A DNA stretch of 64,000 bases from Mobula hypostoma (GCF_963921235.1 NC_086097.1:154754001-154818000), one strand, 5' to 3'; counted from the first letter of the stretch, positions 13,476 to 27,796 are shown. The notes: generated from the sequence alone by a model not told the origin. Translations and numbers: made by a program.

Positions 13476-13581
13476 TAGAACTAATTTACTTACAAAACAG
13501 AAAGTAGAACTACATTACTTACAGAACAGAATGTAGAACTCAATTACTTTCAAAACAGAATGTAGAACTAAGATTACTTAC
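13476..13581. repeat. ~29-bp tandem repeat (about 3.6 copies) containing copies of the exon's splice donor
   Basis: tagaact starts at 13476, 13505, 13534 and 13563; ttacttac (GTAAGTAA on minus) at 13486, 13515 and 13574. Confidence 0.85.
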
Positions 13582-13635
13582 AGGTGGTCCTATCAATCCT
13601 GGTGGACCTTGGATTCCTGGAGCACCATCTTTTCC
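13582..13635 (-). CDS. COL22A1: Collagen exon, 54 bp: GKDGAPGIQGPPGLIGPP
   Basis: tctcag|GGA...CCT|gtaagt. Confidence 0.95.
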
Positions 13636-15086
13636 CTGAGAATATTCATAGATTTAACCATTATCAATATATTTTGTCAGCAGTTGGTCAATACATTGTG
13701 TTTAGTTACATTCTCCTCTTGATATCATATTTCAAATATGATAAACACAGTTTTTAAAGTTTCCAGAAATATACTGAACGACGAGCACTGCATGAGTGGC
13801 TATTCACACAAAATGCTGGAGGAACACAGCAGGTCAGGGAATAAATGATCAATGTTTTGGGCAAGGCCCTTCATCGGGACTCTGCTGAGGGTTCCTTTAG
13901 TATTTTGAGTGTATATCTCAAAATTTACAGCATCTGCATTTTTGCCAAGAAATTTTTCCATTTGCACCTTTCATCTGCAGATCATGATTTGGAGCCATTT
14001 AAATTCTCTTTTACTACAGTAACTATTTCAAGTATAAATTGTCGTCAGTGACATGGTACTGAACACTTACAATGTAGTTCACCAAAGCATAACTGTCACT
14101 ATTTTGGCATCATTCATGCAAATGATTACATCATTAATGTGTACCAAACTGATTGCTGCCTTACTGCCAAAAATTGGAGCAATAGTTAGTTCCAGCAAAC
14201 AAAATCCCGCTACAGGTCAGTTTGTTGATATAAATTAAAGGGTCCAACCTAGGATATTGATGTGTCTGATTACCTGAGTTTTTAATACACTCCATATTTT
14301 GCACTTCACTGCTGGGTCTTATAGTATTTTCTGCAGCTTGGCACATCAGAAACTCATGCTGTGTTCTCTGGAGAGCAATGAGCCAATGCCTTACAGTGGC
14401 TTGAGTATACCTGCAGTACTGGATTCAAACTACACGGTGATTTCTGGGCAAGAGTTCAGCAGTCACATTCCCCTCTCTGCTGCATTGTTTCTCATTTTGA
14501 TGATAACCTTTTCTTTAGCTCCCTGGAGATGGCTGGCGAGAGTCCTACTCCCTTTTTTATGTTTGAGCCATGATGTTTGTAATAATTTGCTGGATTGCTC
14601 ACCAGTCATGGAGCGTAGATTAGGAAAATCAGTCCCATTTGCTGAGGCAAAGCTGAAGCATTGCTAAAGGAGAAAAGAGGTAAACTTGGTAGGCCAACTC
14701 CATGAAAATCAATCCCAAAAGTCTCTCTGATTATGGGGCATCATTAAAGTCCTTTCAGTGGCAACACCTGATGCTCCATAAAACTTCATGGAGTATGCAA
14801 AGGCTTATCTTAACTTCCTCAAAACTGGTGTTGCCCCCTTCACTCCATCATAATGTTCTAATAACCCTTACAATAATTAGTGATGGTGTTACTCCATCTC
14901 TAATCGAAGCTGTGAAGAACAATATTAAATTGTAAGCTCTGAATTTATTATTCCAGTTCCTCAAATGCTGTGCTCTTTCCTTATAGTTGACCTGATACTG
15001 GGATTCCCAAATGAACAGATGGAAGTCAGAGACATTTCTATTTTAATGACCTAATAAAAAAAAGAGCTGGCACTGATGCTCTAATC

Positions 15087-17353
15087 TAGTGGTCACCAAC
15101 CTTTTTAAGCCCAAGATCCCCTACCTCGACCTCAGTGAAAGGCAAGATCTACTTACTAAATCGTTTAGAGAAAAAACAGCTCAGATTGTACTTCCAATTT
15201 GAGGCCTTTTATTTAGGCGAATTGTATTTGAATTACACAAAATACTTTTGTCAAACTTTCAAATTAATTCAAACAAGAAAACACTGTAACTAGCATATCA
15301 AACAGGCCATAGCTGTCTTTCTTTAAGAATATTACAATACTTCACACCTTTAATTCTAAGTTTCATTATTTAATTTTATTTCAACACGAAAAATAAAGAA
15401 TAAAAATTGACTGTTGCATGCAGTGTGATGACTAGGGCTGAATACTTTTTACTAGTTCCCTGAAATTTGGCTCATAACTACAGACAGCCAGTCTGAGACA
15501 GTCTGTGAGGTGTAGGGTTGCCAACTGTCCCATATTCCCCTCGCTAAGGTAGAACATTCCTATGAAACCTTTCGTGTCGAAATGTTTTATGCTGAAGAAG
15601 CAATTACCATTAATTTATATGAAAAAAAATTCTGAGCGTTCCCAGACCCAAAAAAATTACCAAATCATACCAAATAACACATAAAACCTAAAATAACACT
15701 AACATATAGTAAAACCAGAAACGGTATGATAAATACACAGCCTATATAAAGTAGAAATAATGAAAATTAAGCCAAAACAGATTCATAGGATAAAAAAAAT
15801 CGGCATGTACGTGCATGCGCACACAGGTGCCCGTGCAAGACTTCACGGTCATGGTAGTCTTTCTCGGGGTAAACGCAAATGTCCCGGGATTTGACTGCTA
15901 CTTTTGTCCGTTATTTGGGAATGAGAAAGTTGGCAACCCTAGTGAGGTGTCTGTCAGTAAGTCAGCTCCTGTACTTAGATTTAATAATTTTCATCTGTGA
16001 AAATGCAATTTCACATAGATAAGTTGACCCAAAGTAGGCACTGACTTTTAGTGGTATAAAACCAACGCGCATACTGCGCATTGCTTGGCCCCATCAGTAG
16101 TAATTGCCACCAGTTTATGAATGGGGATGTCATTTTCACTGACATATTTTTTTAAACTCATTGTAAATATCCTCACCTCTCATTCTTTCCTTTAGTTGCA
16201 AAAGAGTGAGGAAGTCCTCCTTTGTTGTAAAATCCTGGAAAGCCATTCTGACAAATACAACAAGCTGAGCTGTGTGCATTACATCCAGGGATTCATCGAA
16301 CTGTAGTGAAAAATATTCACGTCCTCTGACAGTGACTCTACCCTCCTTGTCACTGTTGCAGGGCCAAGCAGTATATTACGTATTGCGGTTGTGATGTCGT
16401 TTTTGTTTTTAAAGTCATTAAAAGCAGTCTCTGCAGTAATGACCATTGCTTCCTTGAATAAATCGCCATCTGTAAAACGCTTCTTGTGTTTAGCCAAAAG
16501 GTGACTTACACGAAATGATGCTTCAATAGCAGCCTTATTTTGAGCAGCATGTATTGTAGAAAATGATTGCTGGGCCTTCAACCCCGATATCAGCTCAACT
16601 TTCCAGGCACGAATTGCGCTCTTTGGGGGTTAGGTGTCTTTAAATTCCTGGTGGTTGGTGTTGTGGTGCCGCTCCAGATTCCCTCTTTTAGTCAGTGCTT
16701 GTGTTTGGTGGCACAACATACATACACACTTGTCTTTCACCAAGGTAAATCGAAATTCCTCTTCCCATTCTGGATGGAATTTGTATGTTTTCGCCTTCTT
16801 TCATGGAGCCTCTGCTATGCTATCAGGATATCACGAGCGATTGCCAATTGTGTCGCCTCTGATCTGAGATGACATTTACGTGCCAGACGGCTCCTAATTA
16901 ATTAGCTTGTTTATTTCGGCTTTTTTTCTTAAAGATGTGCTGTGTGCATCTTGACTACCGCTGCACCACTGCATGCTTCGCGGCCTGGAGGTTGGGGACC
17001 ACTGCCGTATATTGATGTTTCTGACAGTCTGTACTCTTATCTAATCTGATTGGTCACTTTGATGCAGCACAGGCTACGCTGAAAATGCGGTGCATGGCGG
17101 AGAACTACACACATGCGCACTGGGCAGAAAGAACGGAACTATACCCCCGCAACCCGGAAACAATCTCTCTTTACAAACAGCTTTTTAGCGAAAATATTGC
17201 TATATTACCATTATCCTAATTAGTATTACTTACTTTTATAATGCTCACATTACAACAGTATTTGTGTATTTATTTTTGATTTTTCTTCAGGATCGACTGG
17301 GAAAGTCTCAAAGATTGACCGGTCGATCGCAATCAACGGGTTGGTGACTCCTA
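15087..17353 (-). mobile_element. Internally deleted hAT (Charlie/SPIN-like) DNA transposon
   Basis: TIRs tagtggtcaccaacc / ggttggtgactccta; perfect 8-bp TSD ctctaatc (15079-15086, 17354-17361); transposase remnant 16279-16581 (EASFRVSHLLAKHKKRFTDGDLFKEAM). Confidence 0.9.
15513..15941. mobile_element. Non-autonomous hAT-type MITE nested in the larger hAT
   Basis: 14-bp TIRs tagggttgccaact / agttggcaacccta; perfect 8-bp TSD gtgaggtg (15505-15512, 15942-15949). Confidence 0.92.
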
Positions 17354-18355
17354 CTCTAATCAATTGAAACAGTTTGATCAGAAGCAGAAGCTCCAAAACT
17401 TAAAATCTGTGTAGTCAGGAGCAAGCTGGTAACTTCAGGCCTGTAAAGAATGTTTGGAATTTCTAAAAATTATCTTGTGAAACCCTCCATTTGATGGGTA
17501 TAAATCACTGTCTAGAACTTGGTAAGCTGAATCTGGGGGGAAGGAGATAAACTGGTTGCTCTGAACTGAAGTCTGGCAATTAAAAGGGAACAACTTCTTG
17601 TTGCATCTCTTAGAAGATCAATTGACACAATCAGCTGGCATTCCACCCAGGATGTACAAACAAGTTAATTAGAAAGAGATTCATCCAGTGCCTATCTAGA
17701 TAATTCTTAAGTGCTTTGAGAGTACCTGTCTCTAACTCTCGTTCAAGCAGTGCGTTATAACGGTTGCTGGGTGGGTGAAAGAATTCTTCCGAAGGTCTCT
17801 TTAAACCTCTGATCAATCACCATAACATTATGTTCTTTAGTTTTAGATGCTTCTATTCTGGAGAAAAGTTTCCTACTACCTATGTCCCACCTACCTTTGC
17901 AGAAAATATCACTCCAGGCAGATGAACTTTGAGTATTCCCCGCGATGTATACTTACTTCAATTTTACCAGCACTTCTGATGTCACGTTTGGTCAAACATT
18001 GTCAGAGTATCATGGGTCAGTCACTGCTGTTTCACCCCTGGAATTCAGCTATTGGGCCATATTTGAACTTAAACCTTAATGAGGTCTGGAGCAAAGTTAT
18101 CATGAGAACATCGTCAATGGGCTTGTTTCTAGAAAATTAGCCTTTCTCGAAAGCAAACCAGTTGGAATGGCTGGTTGATTGTGGCATTCATACTGATAGG
18201 CGATAATTTACCAGCCCCTGAATTGAATGAGATTGCAATGTGATCAACAGCATTGCACCATCCTTCAAAGACATAAGAATTTTATTTGAACCAGTGTATA
18301 ATGCATAACATTTCTTCTAAACTTCCTTTCATATATTTCTGAAGCTTAATTTTAC

Positions 18356-18409
18356 CTTCTCTCCTCGTAGACCTGGTGCACCAGGAGATCCAGGAATACC
18401 ATCAGCTCC
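18356..18409 (-). CDS. COL22A1: Collagen exon, 54 bp: GADGIPGSPGAPGLRGEK
   Basis: tttcag|GGA...AAG|gtaaaa. Confidence 0.95.
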
Positions 18410-19615
18410 CTGAAAGGAATAGAACAATTTAGCTTAGTTTGTGCCTCTGATACCATTTCCAAAATGGACAAATTGCTAAATCAAATAGATGTCTTTGTGT
18501 AGTCCCTTTATGATAATGCTTGACAAGCACTGACATTCAATTTTCAGAAAGAATGGACTAATCCAGGCAAATGACAAATCACAAAAGATGTACGGCAAGC
18601 TATATTTATTATAGACCCCCAACACTAGGTTGTCCCAAGGCTATGGCAGGGTTCCGTTCTTGTGAGCTGCTTGCAACTTGAACGGTTCACAGGTTGGAAA
18701 GGTGGTCTTGAACTGAGTTTGCAGACAGCAGGAGATGTCCACAGCCCTGCAGCAGCTGGAAAATCAATACCAGCAAGCTCCCAAGTGCTCAATCCTATGT
18801 TTGACTGCACATAAGTTGGGTGTTGGTAAGTTTGGGGGAGCCTGTATAAAGTCAGACAACTGTATGACAAATAATAAGGTTATCAAGAACACATAGTATG
18901 TCGGTTCAGATGAAAGTCATTTGGCTCCTGATATCTGAAGTGTTCTGATACCTTCACTTTGGAAATCCTGTCATTTGTGCCCTCATTAAACCCAAATAAC
19001 CTCTAATAAGAATTGTCATTACGTCACACATAAGGAGGTTATAAACTGCAGAGTATTTCAAGCATTCTCTCTTTTTATTTATTACCAGCATTCACAGATT
19101 TTAACTTCATTAATGTTCTGACATGTTTTTCCAAATGATACTGATCATTTTGGCAAATTTTGCTGTTACTCTCTTGTACTTTACAAGTTGCATTAATCTC
19201 TTCCAATTGTTTTGACTTATTTTTGTTATCGATGCAGTACCACTTTCCATTTTGATATTCTTTAAATTAGTTGATACTTTACAGAAGGTCAATAGATGTG
19301 GGTTGCTTGTAGAGCATTGACCAACTTAAAAATCTGTTGAGCCTCCCCCTTTTAACAGAATGAGCCAACCTTCACAAATAATGCAATCATTTTGGTAATT
19401 CATACCCACTTCCTCAAAACCACATCCTCTAATGGCTAAAAGATTATGTTTGTTGAACTCTGTACATGAAAATCAAACTCAAGCCTAAGCAATTGAGAAG
19501 ATGCTCGATTTAATTTCTTTGTTTAAATTAAATTCATCACTGAGAGAAATTGTATTATTTTTTTCTGCACTGAAAATTTACTGTACTTAAACATCATGCA
19601 CAAAGTTAGACTTAC

Positions 19616-19669
19616 AGCTTGGCCTAGATCACCAGGTGGTCCAGGGTACCCTGGTAATCCTGGATTACC
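19616..19669 (-). CDS. COL22A1: Collagen exon, 54 bp: GNPGLPGYPGPPGDLGQA
   Basis: tcttag|GGT...GCT|gtaagt. Confidence 0.95.
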
Positions 19670-20846
19670 CTAAGAAAAGCAAGCAAAATATTTTAGTAAA
19701 AAAAGATCAAAAGATATGATAACCTTCAAGTTTAGCCTCCTTGACAATCTATAAAACAGTGGCTGCATATTCTGCTACATTTCCTAAATTCAGTTTCACT
19801 GAATGGAGCAGGTCCAATCCTATTTAGGTTATTTCAGTAATTTACAGACCTAGTTTTCACGTTTCCAGGACTTCCATGATAATAACTCGCCTCTTACCAC
19901 ACCTTGGCTGACCTTCCACCACCCAGCAGTCACCCAAATCCTAGCCTATGTGTCATTAATATCTCAGTCAGAATCATACAAGTACCTAACATCTGTCCGA
20001 TCTTAAACCTTCAGAACACTACCCCGAGCAATAATTACAAGACTCCTAACTAGGCAAACACTGATCCCCAACTCTAGTCATGTTCCCATCCTTCTCTCAT
20101 CTAAATTCCTTTGCATAATCCACATTTGGTCCTCATGTGCTATTGAATTCATTAGCTGACCTCCATGTTTAATATGTCTCTATTGGGATTAACCACATTC
20201 ATTCAATATTCCTCAGAATGTATGCAATTAATCTGTTGTTATTGTGTTTTGCTGATGTTGAGATTGACTTTTAAATGATTATCTGCTTGTATTCCAATAC
20301 CATCCAACCTCGGTGATAGTGAAATAAGAGTAGTTAAGATCCATCATATTAAGAAGCACAGATCCATTCCTCCATTTAATCTGACTCTCTGTTATTTACC
20401 TTTTACAACCTTTCAAATCAATACCTCTCTAAGTCCAATATCATTTACATCTCTCTGAAGCGGTAATATTGTCATATTTTCGTGGGCAGTGCAAAGCAGG
20501 TTGAAAGGCAGACCTGAATGATATTATAGTGAAATAATATTGGCCATGGGATCACAAAGGAAAATAATCACGCTCTTAGCTATGCCTATAACTGTTTTAG
20601 CTGTAAAAGGAAGAAGCTTAGATTATTTTGGACATGAATTGAAAGATGAAAAATAGAGATGTATTCCTTATTGACTATTGTAAATATTGTATATAATATA
20701 ATATAACCACATCAAGCTACGTGTTTGAAGTTCATAATTTTTAGAGACAACCTACAAAGTGGCACTGTAACAACATACAGGACCTTTACCAAATGGAAAT
20801 GAATCACTCAGAACTGTTTTATCATTGAAGGCAATTCACATGTTAC

Positions 20847-20900
20847 CTGTTCTCCCTTTTCACCAGATGAACCAGGCAAACCACGTTCTCCTTTGCTACC
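20847..20900 (-). CDS. COL22A1: Collagen exon, 54 bp: GSKGERGLPGSSGEKGEQ
   Basis: tattag|GGT...CAG|gtaaca. Confidence 0.95.
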
Positions 20901-23033
20901 CTAATAGATTGATACAGAAGAACAACAAAGCATTAGATGCTGAGTGGTCAGAGCATTGAGGGGTTAGGTGAGAGGGCAGGTGTATGCGGTTGAATGGAAT
21001 CCAGGACCAGCAATGTTACCCAGTTTCCCTCGGGATCAATAAAGTATATCTATCTATCTATCAATGATGAAATAGCGGAGTGGACTCGATGCGCTGAATG
21101 ACCTAATTCTGCTCCTATGTCTTATGCTGGTGACAACTCAATAACAGTTCTAGCTAGGAAGCGATTAGGGGAAAGAGAAGATAGTTGTTGTTAGTTCAGA
21201 ATTTCTTCTCAATTGCTGCTAGTGACTGCCATGATTCTGAATAGAATAGAGAATGAACATACCTAAGCTGTCTTTAGACAATCATGGGCACTGGCCAATA
21301 GTAGATAACTTGTTATTTCAGAGGACAAAACTGTGGTTAATTTGTAATTACACTTGGCAATGGCCTCACAACCAATTCTGTTCAGGGAGCAATTAGGTTC
21401 CAGTACTAAACACAACCCGGTGACCAACAGTTAACTATTTATCAAAGTTCCTAAATAAAAGAGATTTTTGAAGAACGGAGGTACAAGTATTCTGTGAGGG
21501 GAGCTGGGCTATAGAGAATTTATGTTCTTGAACCTACTGTAAATCAGTTAAGAACAGAGAAAATAAAATTAAGGGTAGTGTATTTTGCTGTATATGTCCT
21601 CTCTGCTATTTAATAAAATTATGGATGATCTTTTGTCTCAGTCACCTTCCTAAACTTACATCATAACCCTTGATTTCTTTAATATTTAAAACTTAATCAA
21701 TAAAATTTTAAAATATACTCAGAACTGAGCCTTGGCAACCCTGTTAGTAGAGAATTTCAAAGATTGTCATCCTTGTCCTAATTACCTTTTCTGAGTCTGA
21801 GGGTCTTCGTTTTAAGCAATATAATCAAGGGAAGTAACATCACAGCACCTACCTATTCTGCTCCATAAGAATATTGTACATTTCAACGAGATCATCGTTT
21901 TATCTTTGAGAGTGAGTACAGGCAGTCAAACCCCCATTTCAGATTTGAATCCAATCAGTCTTCTGTGCACCCCCTCTTTACAAGTACAGTATAACTTTCT
22001 TTCAGCAGGGTGACCAGACTGGTTCTTAAATCTGATTATAATAAAGGCACCATTCCTGTAACTGTCCTAGCTGAAGACTGATCTAATATATTTTAAGGGC
22101 TAGAAGTTTGAGTGCGAGTGCACCTGTTGGAAGGAAACTCTGCAAGGCTGTAGATGTGAAGGTCTTGCTCATCTTGATGGCCTGATTTATATAGACTAAC
22201 TTATAAAAGGCAGGGAATGGACTTAGTTTTGATTTGGATTATTCAACCCAAATGCAAAAGCTCTCTTGCTCATTAACAGTTCAATGGTTAAAATTGCAAT
22301 CCATTCATGTAGCATTCCACAAGTCATTCCCAAAGTTGTGATACTGAGAGCATTATAGAATATAGTAAGTAAATATAGAATTCTGAAAACAGTATTCATT
22401 TTCTAGCATGTAAAAAAATCAAACAGAAATTTATTTGAAGCTATATATCATTTTTTAAAAATAAGATTTGTAAGTGGCCAGTAATCTGATGGATCAAATC
22501 TAAACACGTGTACTATGCACAGAGGATAGAAATGTTATCATCCCAAGATATCGGATTGGAAATGAATCCCATACAAAAGGTAGAAAAACAATAAGGTGGG
22601 ACAATGTATTTCACTAATATGCACATTATATAAGTAGTTGCTCAAATGGCTTTGTGAAATACCATTTGTGTGTAGTCCTTTCTCTGAGTTCTACTGTATG
22701 TACTTTTATCTGTGGTACTCTGGTTTCCACAGAAGTACTACAGAATGAAAAAAAAAGTGGTGGAAGCTTTAATTAATTGGTTAGTACCATGCTGGCATTT
22801 TTGGCCTACTATGGTAATGATAATATGTAGGGAACTTCTGCTTTCCATCACAGGTTCTGAAGTTTTCGCAGACAACAACTTAACTCATTGTGCCAAAGCG
22901 GTACTCAGTTAGCAAAAGTTTACATTGAGTAAACAATCTATTGCTTTGGAAGGATAAATGTTGGTTAGGAACTCTCAAGGAAGGAAGAAAAGAAAGAACA
23001 ATTCAGGTATGGATTATACAGATATTATCTTAC

Positions 23034-23087
23034 CATTTTTCCCTCTGGACCTTGTGGTCCTGGTGGCCCTGGTAGTCCTTGGTCTCC
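23034..23087 (-). CDS. COL22A1: Collagen exon, 54 bp: GDQGLPGPPGPQGPEGKM
   Basis: tattag|GGA...ATG|gtaaga. Confidence 0.95.
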
Positions 23088-23679
23088 CTAATAAAAGGAA
23101 AGGTTGATGAAAGGCAAACACCAACTCTTCTATGAAAAGGTATCATTTCAAAGTACAGTATTCAAAGAAAATGTGATCCCAAGGATAATTATATTTGACT
23201 GATATTTTTCAGATCTAGCAACCTTCTTACCATGTTCCTCAATCATTGGTGTTTTAAGAAATATACCCTCTTGAATTAATTTATGTGCTTTTAATAAATT
23301 TAATGTATTATATTTACTGTGGTAAACATTGTGCCTATTATATCTTCTTAAATATAATTTCTTTTTTAACTTGCGGTTGTGGACATTTGATTCATTTCCC
23401 AATCAATTATTTCCTTTCATTTATTTTGCCCTTCATTCAGGAAACAAGTCTAACCATCCCAATTTTCTTTGGTGCTTGACTGGATTTGTTCATCTTTTTC
23501 ACCTCCTTGTCCATTAAGGACTGTCGTACCCTTATAACAAATGATCAGCACAAAAAAAATGGAAGTGTCAACACATACATTTCAATGTACATGAATCCAA
23601 AGTTTGGGACTATTTACTTTAAAGTTATATTTTATTTTTATTTTATTCTTCTTCATGAAGCCCTTTCTATTTCACTTAC

Positions 23680-23793
23680 CCTTAATCCATCTTTTCCAAC
23701 TTTGCCAGGGAGACCTGGATGGCCCTTACTTCCTGGTAATCCAGGGACTCCTGGTAATCCAGGTGGACCTGCTGGACAGCTAGTACACAACTC
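23680..23793 (-). CDS. COL22A1: Collagen exon, 114 bp: ELCTSCPAGPPGLPGVPGLPGSKGHPGLPGKVGKDGLR (NC/COL junction with CxxC)
   Basis: cttcag|GAG...AGG|gtaagt; CxxC-P-x-GPPG junction as in recalled COL22A1 DVCNDCPPGPPG. Confidence 0.95.
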
Positions 23794-24694
23794 CTGAAGA
23801 TCCCAAATTAAAATTATGTTAGAAGGTATTTAGAATTATTACGCCGAATAGAAGAAGCTACCAGGCTTGTTTGTCAAATATAGCAGCGGTTACCAATCCT
23901 ATGAGGGTTGAAGCTATTGGTACATTAATTACAAATTCATTTGACAAGAATTTATATAAAATCTACTAGGGGTCCTCCTCCCAGATGTAAAAAAAAATGA
24001 ATTATATCAAAAGAAAACTCATAAGCTTTTATAGCCATATTTAATAAGCCAGAGAATTATCATCATGCCTGACAATGATGAAAGAATTATGGTGATATTT
24101 TGTTGATGCATGTTTATGGAATCATCAAATCACTGCAGCATAGAAGGAAGACATTTAGCCCATCAAATCTATGCCAGATTTTTGTAAAGTTATTCAATTT
24201 TATTCACCAATAGTTATTCATTTCCTTTCAGCCATGGAAACATTTTACTTTCAAATATTTATGCAATTCTCTGTTGAGAACCAAAATTAAATTATAATTT
24301 TATATGTGATGTATGAAAGACTTTTTCTCATATCACCCCTGTTGTTAATTACTTTACAATCTTTTTCGCAACAAATCTTAAGAGAACAGCTAAACATAGA
24401 AGAGACATTGTTCTAGTGCCAAACTGAGCAGAAATTCAGGTGATATCTTAATCTGCAATTATATTCAAGAACTAAAGACTACTTTAAAAATGAATACTAT
24501 TACCCGTTCCATTTTCCATGCATTAGAAAGTGCTAGCATTTATTCTTGACCAAAACTGATGTTTGGAATGGTCATCGATCAAGAAAACTACCCTATTTCA
24601 AAACTAGAAACAGAGGGAAGCAGCACTAACTTCTTATTTTCAGGGAATATAAAGTAAACTTTAAAGCTGTTGAGTAAATCTGGATGTATAAAGT

Positions 24695-24970
24695 ACTTAC
24701 CACTACCTCAGGTTGTTTCAAAGTGCTTCACAGCCAATGAGGTCATATTGAGGAATATCTAATAAAGTATTATTGGCCATCAAATTTAGATTAATGTAAA
24801 TAATATTGACAGCAATTTTGAGTATTGAAGGAACAAATATTGGCCAGGATACTGGAAAGCCTCTTCCACTCTAATTCAATTAAATAATGTCAAAGTATGT
24901 TTCACATTCACATTGATGTAAAAATGGTGTAGGATATCAATAGGAAGATAGTGTAATTGCCTCTTAGTTT
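24695..24970 (+). mobile_element. Old DeuSINE (SacSINE1-like) remnant
   Basis: aaagtgcttcacagccaatga...aaatattggccaggatact resembles the recalled Deu-domain SINE consensus; highly decayed. Confidence 0.4.
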
Positions 24971-26822
24971 AAGTTGAAATCAACTTAGATAAACTTAATC
25001 TATTTATAGATTGAACTTCATCCCGTGATTTATAGCTGGGATTTTCAGACAGAATCAAAGCCCACTTTGTCACCTCTGGATTTTGATTATAATTTTCACC
25101 TAATCAAGCAAAAGACGGAAAAATATGAGATAATAGGATCCCTGAGAGAAATTAGGACTGAAAACCGAAGCAGTATCTGGTTTAACTATTGGAATAAAAG
25201 CTACAAATATAGGTGTGTAATGCCCATTATGACGTTTGCTCAATATATCTGTGATCTTTACGGGTTAATATGCCTGAATCAGAATCTACACGTAATCCCG
25301 CCCACATTACTCCTGGGTGGAAACTGCAAGGTTCTGCCTATTGCCCTACTTCAGGAAGATTCAATAGGTCCTTTGATCATAGTAAAATCAAAATACATTT
25401 GATTTGATGTTGTATAACAGTGAAAATATTAAATGACCTTTTATAATTTTTAAGAGATTTTTTTTAGCCAAACATTTAACTTACTACTGGAGGGTTTGCG
25501 AGATTCACTTACTAAAGTGCATTGTCAGCTGGATTAACAAGACAATGTACACAGTCATTATGCTTAAATACATTAAGGAATAGTTTGTAATGGAAAGAAT
25601 CAATTATATTACATTCCATTGTCCAACTCAATTGGTTCATGGAAGACCTTTAGCAATCAAGCAAAAGAATTTTAGCAAACCCTAACAACTGTGATTTGGG
25701 GCCCACATTGATCAGTGTTCCAACCAATTCCAAATGGCTATGCTCTCTCACTCAGCTGACAAGAACACTATCAAAACTCTTAAAAACACAGGAAACACAT
25801 GACATCAGAAATTAAATTCAAACTATACAAACAATCTGCAAATAGCTTAACTATACAGTAAAATTCAGTAAACTCTTATTCATGTTATGTCCTTAATAAA
25901 TAATATTCTGCTTTTATCTTCTGGAGCTGACTGAACTGGTTAATGTCTCTCTTTAGGCGATTAAGAAGCACTTTGTCAAGAATGTGGGTACTCAGTTACT
26001 TACAATGCTTTGAGAGATCAGCACTATAGGCATTTTTCCAGCTTCCAGTTGCAAATCATAAATCAATTACTTTCTCATATGCAGTAGAGACCCCGCCTAA
26101 ATAGCTGCCTGAATTCCCTTCCTGTTTTCCTTCAGCACTGCAGCTTTCCAATGGCATGAAAATTGGATTGCTACTCTCTTACACAGAAGCAGAATACTGA
26201 TGTTAATAATACAAATAATCAATTCTCAGCAATATTCACATACATTTATCACCTAGAGGGAACAACGTCATCCACAATACAATCATAAAACCAGAGTCAA
26301 TGATATTCACCATTATCTTATAATTAAATCAAGAGTTATTTTTATGGAATCTGTCACAGAATAATATTTAGTCAACCCAATGCAACATTTTAACAAAGCT
26401 TGTCAATAACTGAGAACAGTAAAGGAGTAACAACAGGAACAGGCAGAATTGTACTGGGAAAGGAAAGAAATATTGGTGTAATTTTCAATACTGATATTGA
26501 AAAATCAAAGTTTGAGAGCATATATAGGAAATTGATCATGTAGAATAACAGAAAAAGCAAGAACTTTACCAAATCATGCATTTTTTTTATTTCTCTAGCA
26601 ACTTTTATTTAGAATCACCTGGTTCTTTGATACAAGGAAATGTATACTTCAGATAATTTCGTGTCTCTTTTCCCATCCCTGACAACATCAATAAGCAGTT
26701 TATGACATGGCCAAATCACAGTGAGTGTTTAATTTTGCATTGGTTCAACTGTAATATCTGGAGTTGAAAATTGAGCTTTTTTCTCCCGAGTGGCCACCTT
26801 AGACGACTACAAACCCACTCAC

Positions 26823-26870
26823 CTTGGCCATGCCTTCTATCTCTCTCCTGGAAATAAGAGGTAATGATGC
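26823..26870 (-). CDS. COL22A1: Non-collagenous linker exon, 48 bp: ASLPLISRREIEGMAK
   Basis: ctacag|GCA...AAG|gtgagt; phase 0, 16 aa; same position, length and terminal AK as recalled human GLSSLLSPGDINLLAK. Confidence 0.85.
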
Positions 26871-27796
26871 CTGTAGGTCAGAACATACCATTGCATTATT
26901 TTGTCAATGGAACTATTTTACATGCAATGCAGATTATTTCCTTTTATTTTATGCTTCCTTTTTTGAGTCAATTTATTCGGGCATTGGATATGGTAAAGTT
27001 AGCATCTGTAATTTGATGGCTAGATGCTATTAAAGTTGCTGAAAGAGGAGACAAAGAAGAGAAAAAGGTATGCTGGGCATCAGCTATCAGTTTTCATCTT
27101 TGGAGCTGTGACTCCAGTCTATCACTCAGCTGAATGCCTAATTCTTACAATAAAAATGGTGCACTGCACCTCTTTAATCTTACCAGTCATGGATATGGAG
27201 ATCTTTCACATTTTCAAACTTATAATATTATAAATCTCTGAATAGGGTTTACAAGGAGTTTGTGCTTTCTATTGGTCAATATGAATTGTATCAGACACCA
27301 TATTCATAGTCAAAATAATTTTATGATGTCAAAATACAACAGTGCGCTGAATCAGCATGGCTTCAATGTGGTTCTACAATGGTTGGACAGCGGGCATTTT
27401 TGAATTTAATAAAGACCCAGGGAGCATTATTTATTTTTCTTGTGGGCCTTCTGAGAGCCAGAACAGGCGACTGGGTAGAGGCAATGGAATGCCTCAGTAC
27501 TTCCTCTGATCCATATATGGTGAACTTTATATTATGTCCAAATGCAAAAAAAGAAGAGCATATAATGACAGCTACCATCCATTAGAAATGTCAAAAAGGC
27601 TGAGGGGGAAATTTGTCTCAATGACCAAAAGCCCACCATACCTGAGGAAAACAGAGTAAATGCTTAAGATAAAGATGTACAAAACAAGAGAGGTAAAAGG
27701 GCCAACATTAAGAGGCAGCAAGAGCGTAAAAGGAAGAGAGAGTAGAGATAATTTTTGGAAAAGGCCCGATAGACACAAAATACAAAGCTAACATAC

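Noticed and set aside
27660..27791. 43-aa Lys/Arg-rich plus-strand ORF (MLKIKMYKTREVKGPTLRGSKSVKGRESRDNFWKRPDRHKIQS) as a second basic nuclear protein
   Set aside because: No Arg clusters, contains acidic residues, and no clear TATA or nearby AATAAA; explainable by A/G-rich composition. Still worth a glance in testis RNA-seq.
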